NCBI GenBank assembly: GCA_963786935.1
Contig: CAWBAN010000004.1
Span: 1 to 64,000 of the forward strand
Direction of reading: 5' to 3'
DNA length: 64,000 nucleotides
DNA from: an uncultured bacterium
Lineage (GTDB): Bacteria > Krumholzibacteriota > Krumholzibacteriia > Krumholzibacteriales > Krumholzibacteriaceae
Shown in pieces: positions 30,322 through 38,593 of the stretch; position 1 is the first letter of the stretch; every line of letters begins with the position of its first letter. The translations under genes and the position numbers were made by a program. Under the pieces are notes generated by a model. It made no database searches, was not told the origin of the DNA, and saw only the letters and a list, made by a program, of their open reading frames with translations.

Positions 30322-33300
30322 ATGCCGGCCAACAGCACGCACATGTACGTCGCGGGGCGTCTCGCACTCGATTTTTCCTCGGGCCACCCGAGCGACGTCG
30401 TCCGCGACATCCACCGGGGCTTCAAGGAGTGGCTCCAGGCCAACCAAAACTTCCGCAGGGGAGCCGATGACGCGATAAACAAGAACGACGGCGCCCTGAT
30501 GCAGCGGGTCATGGACACGTACCGGGCCGCGCTCACCACCGACGCCGTCGCCGTGTTCAGCGCCTTCGCCGCGGGGACGCAGGGTCCCGACCTCTGGATC
30601 GTTCCGCACGGCACGTGGGACACGATCATCAACCGGATCACGGGTTCGATTCAGTTCGACCTCGGTCACTATAACCTGTCGCACACCTTCCCGCGCGCGG
30701 TGCTGGAGCGCATCAAGGCGCAGGAGAAGAGCCTGCCCGTTCTCCAGCGGAAGTACCAGACCGCCTACATCCTCGGCTATCTCTCGCACATCGCGCTCGA
30801 CATCACCGCGCATATCAAGGTGAACGTGTTCGCCGGCGCCTATTTCCAGCTCGTGAAGGTGTGGGAAAACGAGTTCGGCGTTTTTCCGAGCGACTCGTTT
30901 CTCTCCCCCAACGTGTGGAACGACCACAACAAGATCGAGCATTACGCCGACGCCATCATCCGGCTCGTCTGCTTCGAGGGGTGCCACAGCGCGCTCTCCT
31001 CGTTCGACGCCGTCCGGAAGAACGATCTCGGCCAGCAGGACGGATGGGACTTTCCGAACTACACCGATTACTGGAGGCACCGGCTGAGATTCGGGAGAGT
31101 CATCAAGACGAACGGCATCTTCGACCGGGACGAGGTGTTTCTGGACAACTCGACGTCGCTCCCCGGCCCGTTCGCGGCCCGGTATGCATCGTCCGATCAG
31201 GAGCGGCGCGTGGTCCCGTTCATCCGCGACGACTATCTGCGTGCCTACGCGCTGTGCGACGCCGCCATCGCGAACCACGAGAAATCCATCGTAAACCTCG
31301 AGTCGGAGCTGCCGAAGCTCGAGTTCTACGGCATGGACAACAACCATGACATCCACTCGCAGTACTATCTCGCCCACTGGGTGCTGCCCGACATCGACCG
31401 GGTCAATCAGCACGCGAACAAGTTCTTCGATATGTCGGCGTTCGCCAAGTTCGTGATCGCGGGGAAGAAGACGGGGCAGGAGTTCATCGACGGGGCGCTC
31501 AAGTTCCTCGATTCGGGCGATCGGGCCGTGTTCGAGCTCCTGCGCAACTGGAATCTCGATCTCGGCCTCGCGGTGCGGATCAGGGACTCGAGCGCCGCGA
31601 CCGACAGCGCGTATCCGAAGAAGCCGCCGCGCCCCTACACGATCGAGCTCGTCAACGTCATCGACGAGGTCAAGGCGCTCTCGGACTGGGCCCCGCCGTC
31701 GCTCAACGCCGGCCGGTACGGCAATCCCCGGCAAACATGGACGCCGCCGGTGAAGGCCGAGGCGAATCCCACGCCCGGCGCGGAGCTATCGGGCACGAGC
31801 GGCGCCGCGACGTCGGGCGTCTTCTACGCGCAATCGGGCCTCGACGTGGGATTGAGCGGCTTCAAGCTCCATTCCGACGGCGACGAGCTCACCGCGTATC
31901 TCTGGGGAGACAAGCCGGAGCCGGGAGCGGCCATCAATATCCCGACGTCGGAAGTCGGGTACAAGATCTCGCGGTGCATCGAGGATTTCGTGGCGCAGGA
32001 TGCGTTCGCCTCGACAAAGGACCGGTCCGCGGGGCAGGCCTCGGTCAAGGAGTACCGCTCGACGTTTCTCGGTAACATTCCGGGGGAGCCGCCGGTCGCC
32101 GGGGTCGTCCTCGGGGCGAACGCGTTCGGCGAATACGGGCTGCGGCCGCTCCCGAGGCACTTGCGGGTGAGCCTCTGCCGCAAATACGTGTTCAGGCCCA
32201 CCAACTCGGGGCAATTCTCCGCCGACCGCTTCGCCGTTTACGGCAACGCCTCGCCGACCGAAGAAGTATGTCTCTCCATATTCATGTTCGTCAGGAACGA
32301 GGGCAGCTATACCGATCTGTTCAGCCACGCGGTGTTCTCGCCGGATCAGGTGGAGGAGCTGAAGCACATCAAATCGATCGGCGTGAACGTCGTGCTGCTG
32401 CTCCTCGACCGCGACAAGGACGCCTCGACCGGCCGGCTGCGGCTCAAGCCGTATCAGGCGTACGTGGACGGCGAGCTGCAGGACGTCAAGGCCGTGGGCG
32501 GCACGCCGAAGAAGACGCCCCCGCCGATTCCGCCGAAGAAGACGCCCCCGGCGGGCGTCTGGCGGGTCGACTTCGAAGACGCTCATTTCCGCACCGACAG
32601 CGCGGTGCTCATGCCGGACAATCTCGCGGGCAAGCAGCCGGGCGGCGCGTCCCCGCCCGCCGGCGGCGCCGCCGAGGGGCTCGATGTTCTGAAGGTGGTC
32701 CATTCGCAGCTCAAGAAGCAGCCGTCCCAGCGGCTGCTCGTCGCGGGGCACACGGATCGCGTGGGCAAGGACGCCTACAACATTTCGCTCTCGGCCGACC
32801 GCGCGAGCGGCATCATGTTCCTGCTCGAAGGGAGGAAAGAGGACTGGCGCATGCTGGCCGGCCGCCGCAATCACGACGACGACATCTCGCAGGTCCTCGC
32901 GTGGGTGAGCGCGAAGTACGGGTGGGACTGCCATCCGGGGAAAATCGAGAACGCGTCGTGGTCGCAGAAGCACACGGCGATACTGAATTTTCAGAAGAGG
33001 TACAACGTCGAGTTCATCGACAGCGGCAGGACCGCCAAGGCGTATCCGGGCGTCACCGCCAAGCGCATCGGCGAGGACGGCGACTGCGGGCCCGAGACGT
33101 GGGGAGCCGTGTTCGACGTGTATCAGGACGCGCTCGCCGCGAAGCTCGCCGCCACCTTCGAGGGCATGGTCTCGTTCCACGCGTCGCTCGCCGACCGGTG
33201 GGTCGATGACGAGAACAAGGCCGTTCCCTGCGGCGAGACCTTCCCTCGGGAACAGCCGCTGGAGGATAACTACGAGTCGGCCGTCAACCGGCGCGTGGAA

Positions 33301-33486
33301 GCCCTGTTCTTCGACCCGCCCGAGATGCCGCCGCTGCCGCTGCCGTGCAAGAGCGGTCAGGTCGCGGTGTCGCGGACCGGCACCATCGCCCTGTCCCCGT
33401 CGTCGGCGGAGGCGCGCCGGCAGAGCTGCTCCGGCAACTGCCCGATCTACCGCGGACCGAAGACCCCGGAGCCGCTTCCGGCGTAG
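30322..33486 (+). CDS. Zn-dependent phospholipase C-like domain fused to OmpA-like and peptidoglycan-binding domains (1054 aa)
   Basis: MPxxxTH, GTQGPD, LGYLSHIALD..AH, HNKIE...D; FRTDSA, VAGHTDRVG...NISLSADRA, FQ...DGDCGPETW, NRRVE. Confidence 0.75.
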   Translation: MPANSTHMYVAGRLALDFSSGHPSDVVRDIHRGFKEWLQANQNFRRGADDAINKNDGALMQRVMDTYRAALTTDAVAVFSAFAAGTQGPDLWIVPHGTWDTIINRITGSIQFDLGHYNLSHTFPRAVLERIKAQEKSLPVLQRKYQTAYILGYLSHIALDITAHIKVNVFAGAYFQLVKVWENEFGVFPSDSFLSPNVWNDHNKIEHYADAIIRLVCFEGCHSALSSFDAVRKNDLGQQDGWDFPNYTDYWRHRLRFGRVIKTNGIFDRDEVFLDNSTSLPGPFAARYASSDQERRVVPFIRDDYLRAYALCDAAIANHEKSIVNLESELPKLEFYGMDNNHDIHSQYYLAHWVLPDIDRVNQHANKFFDMSAFAKFVIAGKKTGQEFIDGALKFLDSGDRAVFELLRNWNLDLGLAVRIRDSSAATDSAYPKKPPRPYTIELVNVIDEVKALSDWAPPSLNAGRYGNPRQTWTPPVKAEANPTPGAELSGTSGAATSGVFYAQSGLDVGLSGFKLHSDGDELTAYLWGDKPEPGAAINIPTSEVGYKISRCIEDFVAQDAFASTKDRSAGQASVKEYRSTFLGNIPGEPPVAGVVLGANAFGEYGLRPLPRHLRVSLCRKYVFRPTNSGQFSADRFAVYGNASPTEEVCLSIFMFVRNEGSYTDLFSHAVFSPDQVEELKHIKSIGVNVVLLLLDRDKDASTGRLRLKPYQAYVDGELQDVKAVGGTPKKTPPPIPPKKTPPAGVWRVDFEDAHFRTDSAVLMPDNLAGKQPGGASPPAGGAAEGLDVLKVVHSQLKKQPSQRLLVAGHTDRVGKDAYNISLSADRASGIMFLLEGRKEDWRMLAGRRNHDDDISQVLAWVSAKYGWDCHPGKIENASWSQKHTAILNFQKRYNVEFIDSGRTAKAYPGVTAKRIGEDGDCGPETWGAVFDVYQDALAAKLAATFEGMVSFHASLADRWVDDENKAVPCGETFPREQPLEDNYESAVNRRVEALFFDPPEMPPLPLPCKSGQVAVSRTGTIALSPSSAEARRQSCSGNCPIYRGPKTPEPLPA

Positions 33487-33527
33487 CCGGGCGCAGGACC
33501 GCGATCAATCATGAGCCGGAGAGAATA

Positions 33528-33583
33528 GCGAGCGGGCGGGACGTGGGGTCTCCGAGAGACTGCTCGTCGCCGCCCGCTTTCGC
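33528..33583. terminator. Long imperfect hairpin between convergent genes
   Basis: GCGAGCGGGCGGGACG...GTCTC-CGA-GAGAC...CGTCGCCGCCCGCTTTCGC. Confidence 0.45.
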
Positions 33584-33590
33584 GAATTCG

Positions 33591-34571
33591 TCAGCGATTC
33601 ACCGTTTTCTTGACGGCCCGCTCGGAGCTTTTCGTGGGGGGCTCGACCTTGCGTTCGACCTGTGCGGGCTCCCTCGTTTCGGCGGTTTTCCGCTCGACCC
33701 GTGCGGGCTCCCTCGTCGCGGCGGTCTTCTGCTCCGCCTGATCATTCTGCCTCGTCACGACGTTCTTCCGCTCAATCCGGGCAATCTCCTTCGATGCGGA
33801 CGCCTCCTGCTTCTGCACCGTCCGCTGGATCGTCGATTTCACCGCGGCCTTGATCCGGTCCGTGCGGATATCCAGTGAGCGCTTCCCGATCGTGTTGACG
33901 GGGATCTCGCGGCCGGCGAGCCGTTTCACCTGCTTGATCTCCGGGGGCTGTTTGACGTCGATATCGCGCCGCAGCAGCTCCTTATTCTCGACGGCGATGT
34001 CTCGCCGCAACAATTCGCGCGGCTGATCGATCGCGTGGTGAGCGATGTGATCGTCACAGAAGTCGTCGATGTGAACGACGACCCAAACGTCGTAATCGTA
34101 GTAAATCCACGGATCGGGCCAGTAGAAATTCGGGGGCGGGAGCGGCGCCCACCCGCAGTAGGCCCCGTCGTTGTACCATTGGACCCGCGCGGGCGACCAT
34201 TCGTCCCCCGGCACCCAGAACCAGCCGATGTCGTTGTCGTAATACCAGTAGCCGTAATGGTAGACGAGATCGCCGAAGGGCTCGTAGGAATCCCACGCCC
34301 AGCCGTCGCTCGTCCAGAGCCAGCGGCCGTCGTAGAAAGGCGCCCATCTCTCGTCGACGGAAGGGCACCATACGACGCCGTATGGCGGCACGCCCATCCA
34401 TTCGCCGTACTGGGCGAGGAACTCGAAGTCTTCTGCGTAATAGTCGCCCCCCGCGGACACCCGGCTATGCGCGGACACGCTGGGAGCGCATCCGGAGCCG
34501 AAGAGGACCGCGCAGGCGAGAAGCAAGAGGCCCACCCTCTTGCCCATCATTCGTTCGCAGTATTTTGACAT
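33591..34571 (-). CDS. DUF6600-like Trp/Tyr-rich lipoprotein
   Basis: RBS AGGAGGAGG; lipobox GSG-C; YGEW...YGVVWCP..WAPF.DGRW...EPFG..YHYGYW...GWFWVPG.EWSPA; charged low-complexity tail. Confidence 0.75.
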   Translation of the reverse strand: MSKYCERMMGKRVGLLLLACAVLFGSGCAPSVSAHSRVSAGGDYYAEDFEFLAQYGEWMGVPPYGVVWCPSVDERWAPFYDGRWLWTSDGWAWDSYEPFGDLVYHYGYWYYDNDIGWFWVPGDEWSPARVQWYNDGAYCGWAPLPPPNFYWPDPWIYYDYDVWVVVHIDDFCDDHIAHHAIDQPRELLRRDIAVENKELLRRDIDVKQPPEIKQVKRLAGREIPVNTIGKRSLDIRTDRIKAAVKSTIQRTVQKQEASASKEIARIERKNVVTRQNDQAEQKTAATREPARVERKTAETREPAQVERKVEPPTKSSERAVKKTVNR

Positions 34572-34691
34572 TGCCCTCCTCCTTTCGGCATCGGAGCCCT
34601 TTGTGGCGTCCATCTAGTAAGTCGGAGGAGGGGATATGCCGGGTTACATTATTCGGACGGGGGAAGCGCCGATACGCCGCTTGTCGAGAGA

Positions 34692-35135
34692 ATGAGAATA
34701 GAGTACAATCTGCCGACCGCTATGGAAGCGACCTTCGAAAGAACGATCGACGCGCTCGACGGGCTCTTCGCCTTCGTCGAGCAATTCGGCGAGGCCCACG
34801 AGCTCGACGAGGCGACGCGCTTCGCCGCGAACCTCGCCGTCGAGGAGCTGTTCACGAACCTCGTGCGGCACAATGCGGGCGGGACGCGCCGCATTCAGCT
34901 GGATATGGTGATCGAAAGCGGCCGTTTGACCATACGCCTCATGGACTTCGACGTCGATCCCGTCGACCTGTCGGGCGAGACGCCCCCCGACGTCAGCCTC
35001 CCGCTCGAGCAGCGGCAGCCCGGCGGGCTCGGGATGCATCTCGTCAGAACTCTTTTCGATTCACTCAGTTATGACTACCGGGACCGCACCCTCAGCGTCA
35101 CCGCGGTCAAGAATCTGGAGGACACGCATGTTTGA
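34692..35135 (+). CDS. Anti-sigma factor kinase, RsbW-like (HATPase_c_2)
   Basis: LAVEELFTNLVRH, QPGGLGMHLVR. Confidence 0.88.
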   Translation: MRIEYNLPTAMEATFERTIDALDGLFAFVEQFGEAHELDEATRFAANLAVEELFTNLVRHNAGGTRRIQLDMVIESGRLTIRLMDFDVDPVDLSGETPPDVSLPLEQRQPGGLGMHLVRTLFDSLSYDYRDRTLSVTAVKNLEDTHV

Positions 35136-35412
35136 AGCGAGCCGCGCCTCGGCAGCACTCATCACCTTCAAAGGAAGGCTCGACGCCTCTCAGGTGGACA
35201 GGGCAAGAATCGTTCTTGACTCGGTAAGTGAATCGTGTACAATCGATTTCAGTGAGCTCGACTACATCTCGAGCGCGGGATTGGGGATTCTCCTCGCAAC
35301 ACAAAAACGACTGAGCGAATCGGGGCATGGCCTTACTATCTCCGGCATGAACCGGCACATCAGGGAGATTTTCCATATCGCGGGGTTCGAAATCGTTTTC
35401 ACGATCGTTTGA
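35128..35412 (+). CDS. STAS anti-sigma-factor antagonist (RsbV-like)
   Basis: GRLDA, IDFSELDYISSAGLGILL; overlaps the rsbW-like stop. Confidence 0.9.
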   Translation: MFEASRASAALITFKGRLDASQVDRARIVLDSVSESCTIDFSELDYISSAGLGILLATQKRLSESGHGLTISGMNRHIREIFHIAGFEIVFTIV

Positions 35413-35486
35413 GACCGGTCCCCGCGATCCCCGGCCCGGCGCGGGAATTCGCCCGGCTGCCCGCCCTCGAGAGCTGCTTTTTCATC

Positions 35487-35512
35487 CAACTTTTCGGCGT
35501 CCGCCTTGTAGT
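35487..35512 (+). promoter_or_regulatory. ECF-type promoter CAAC-N16-TGTAGT upstream of the sigma gene
   Basis: Identical architecture at 36788-36813. Confidence 0.65.
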
Positions 35513-35541
35513 TCATTCAGACAAAGACAGGATCGTACGGA

Positions 35542-36051
35542 ATGGCCGTGAAGCTCGACAGAGAGACGTTCGGGTCGATCGTTGAGAAGCACTCGAAAGC
35601 GATCTTCAACGCGGCCTTCAGGATCGTGAACAATTACGAGGACGCCATGGACATCACGCAAACAACGTTCGTCAAGGTATACGAGAGGCTCGACCGGTTC
35701 GATCCCGCGCACGACGTCTTCAGCTGGCTCTACAAAATCGCCGTCAACGAGGCGATCAACTGCGCGAAGCGGAACAGCCGCTTCGCCGAGCTCGATCCGG
35801 ACGCCCACGTCAATCCGGCAATCCCGAGATCCGATTTCATCCATAACGAAACGAGCGCGCGCCTGCAGGAGGCGCTCATGACGCTGCCGCTGGACTACCG
35901 CACGGTGCTCGTCCTGCGGCATTTTCACAATCTCTCGTACCGGGAGATCGGCGGAGTGCTCGACATCCCCGAGAAGACGGTCAAATCGAGGCTCTACACG
36001 GGGCGGCAGCTGCTTCGCGATCTGCTCGTGAGGGCGGGGTATACGCAATGA
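35542..36051 (+). CDS. ECF RNA polymerase sigma factor
   Basis: DAMDITQTTF, FSWLYKIAVN, LSYREIGGVLDIPEKTVKSRLY.GR. Confidence 0.93.
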   Translation: MAVKLDRETFGSIVEKHSKAIFNAAFRIVNNYEDAMDITQTTFVKVYERLDRFDPAHDVFSWLYKIAVNEAINCAKRNSRFAELDPDAHVNPAIPRSDFIHNETSARLQEALMTLPLDYRTVLVLRHFHNLSYREIGGVLDIPEKTVKSRLYTGRQLLRDLLVRAGYTQ

Positions 36052-36783
36052 TCGAGAACCATTATATCGAGCTCATGAATCGCGAGATCGACGGCGTGAA
36101 CTCGCCGGAGGAGAGCGCGGCCCTGCGCGCGCACATCGATTCGAACGAGGAGGCGCGCCGGTATTACGAGGATCTGTGCGGGGTCTCGCGCGTGTTCGCC
36201 GCGGCGGGGGACGTGACGCCGCCGAAGGACCTGAACCGCGAGATCATGCGGTCGGTCGCCGAGCACGACGCGGTGCGCGCTTCGTCCGGCGCCGGCCGGG
36301 CGCGGCGGGCGCCCGTTCTTCGGCATATTCGCGGGGAAGCGGCTCGCGTACTCGTTCGCGGCGGGGCTCGCGCTGGGCCTCATCGCCCTCGTCATCGTGC
36401 TCGGCGCGATCACGAAGCAGAGCCGGTTCGACCGCTCGGAGCTCTACGGGGCGCTCGGGGACCGGCGCTCGATGGGCCCCGTCATCGCGAGGGAGACGGT
36501 GCCGCTCGCGACGGACGACGTTTCGGGCTCGATCGACGTGCGGTATCTCGCGAGCTCGATCGTCGTGACGCTCAACCTCGACGCGAATCGCGAAATCGAA
36601 ACGACGCTGCGCGCGGATACGGCGAGCGTGACGTTGACGAGCTCCGGCAGAAGCAGCGTCGCCATCGCCTTCAGGGACGAAGCCGGCGCGCGCCCGGATG
36701 TGATCGTTTCGATCATCGCGGACGGCAGCCGGACGTACGAGTGGACCATCGTAGGGGACAAAGCGGGCGCGGCTCGAAAATAG
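36048..36783 (+). CDS. Membrane-bound anti-sigma factor (degenerate zf-HC2-like N-terminus, one TM), frameshift near 36300
   Basis: ATGA overlap with sigma; IDGVNSPEE...LRAHI; TM YSFAAGLALGLIALVIVLG in the shifted frame. Confidence 0.75.
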
Positions 36784-36787
36784 CGGA

Positions 36788-36813
36788 CAACTATTTGCCC
36801 TCTGCTTTGTAGT
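36788..36813 (+). promoter_or_regulatory. ECF-type promoter CAAC-N16-TGTAGT upstream of the repeat-protein gene
   Basis: Matches 35487-35512. Confidence 0.65.
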
Positions 36814-36870
36814 CAGAATGTAAATGGGCGTTATTTGGCAAGGGGACTCTCAATCCAGAGGAGGTCAGGT

Positions 36871-38494
36871 ATGAGCAGGAAACTGCTGGCGGGCGGATTG
36901 GTGATCATCGCCGCGATCGTGATCGCCTATTTCGCCTTCGTGTATCCTCCCGCTTCGAAGGAGGATACGTCGGGCGCCATCGGCGTCGCGAACAAGTATC
37001 GCAGCGAGCAGATCACGGATCAGGACGTCATCCTGAAGGAAGAGGAAGACGTCGCGGCGGCCATGATGGCGGTCATGTCGCCCGAGGAGAAGGCCGCGAT
37101 GTTCGACCGCGCGACGAGAGATCTGCAGGGGCGCGTGCTGGCGAACGCCCCCGCCGAGATGATGTCGAAGCTCATGGGCCGCGCCGACAACGTCATGCTC
37201 GCGCGGCTGTTCAAGGGTCTCGACGCTCAGCAGCGCGCCGATTTCTTCGCGCGGGCTCCGAAGCCGACGCAGGACGCGATCCTTCGCGCCGCCAACGTCA
37301 CCGCCGAGCGGTACGCGGCGATGTCCGTCGACGAGCGGTCGACGAAGGTCCTCGAGCGGGCCTCCGACATGCACCTCGCCGCGATCGTGACGGCCGCGAG
37401 CATGCAGGATCGGACGACCTTCTTCGCGAAGGCCGACTCCACGCTGCGCAGCGACTTCATGAAGCTCCTCGACCGCAACGACAAGATCGCGGTCATGGAA
37501 CGCGCGCCGGCCGCGACGATCGCCGAGATGGAGCGGGCCAACTTCGCGATCGGCTTCTTCGAGAAGGCCGCTCCCGAAGCTCAGTTCGAGATGCTCGGGA
37601 GGTCCCCCGAGGTGGCCTCGGCCCTCATGGGGCGCGCCGGCAACGTGATGCTCGCGCGGCTCTTCAAAGGGCTCGACGTCCAGCAGCGCGTTGATTTCTT
37701 CGCGCGCTCGCCGAAGCCGACGCAGGACGCGATTCTTCGCACCGCCAACGTGACGGCCGAGCGGTACGCCAAGATGAGCTGTCGACGAGAAATCGGTGAA
37801 AGTCCTCGAGCGGGCGGCCGACATGGATCTCGCCGCCGTCGTGAAGAACGCGACGATGCAGGAGAAGGCGACCTTCGTCGCGAGGGCCGACGTCGCGCAG
37901 CGGAGCGAGTTCATGAAGCTCCTCGATCGTTCGGACAAGTTCACCCTGATGGGGCGCGCGCCGGCCCCGATGGTCGCCGAGATGGGCCGGGCCAACTTCG
38001 CCGCCAACTTCTTCGGCAAGGCGGCTCCCGAGCAGCAGTTCGAGATGCTCGCCAAGTCGCCCGAGCTCGCCGCGGCGTGCATCGGACGCGCGGACGCCAC
38101 GATGCTGGCGCGGCTCTTCAAGGGGCTCGACGCCCAGCAGCGCGCCGACTTCTTCGCCCGGGCGCCGAAGCCGACGCAGGACGCGATCCTTCGCGCCGCG
38201 AACGTCACCGCCGAGCGCTACGCCAAGATGACTGTCGACGAGAAATCGGTGAAGGTCCTCGAGCGGGCGGCCGACATGGATCTCGCCGCGATCGTGAAGA
38301 ACGCGACGATGCAGGAGAAGACGAGCTTCATGGCGAAGGCCGACTTCACCCTGCGGAACGACTTCATAAAGCTCCTTGACCGCTCCGACAGGTTCAACCT
38401 GATGGGAGTCGCGCCCGAGCGGCTGAAGGTCGACATGGAGCGCGCGTACACCGAAGAGATGGAGCGGGTCGCGCGCGTGGCCAAGAAGAGATAG
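36871..38494 (+). CDS. N-terminally anchored alpha-helical repeat protein (3 x 151 aa), 1-nt insertion near 37778
   Basis: RBS GGAGG; TM/signal; LARLFKGLD.QQR.DFFAR.PKPTQDAILR at 37201, 37654 and 38108 (periods 453 and 454 nt). Confidence 0.8.
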
Positions 38495-38520
38495 CAGGCC
38501 GATAGAGGCAACCACGAAGA

Positions 38521-38554
38521 GCGGGGGGGATTCCGGAAGCGGGATCCCTCCCGC
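38521..38554 (+). terminator. GC-rich intra-operon hairpin without U-tract
   Basis: GCGGGGGGGATTCC-GGAAGC-GGGATCCCTCCCGC. Confidence 0.45.
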
Positions 38555-38593
38555 TCGATATTGCGGGGGGGGATAGTCGCCGGACTCAACGCT

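Noticed and set aside
34620..34650. ECF-like promoter (TGTAAC...CGACT, minus strand) before the DUF6600-like gene
   Set aside because: Spacer is longer (18 nt) and the -10 differs from the CAAC-N16-GTAG motif; single occurrence.
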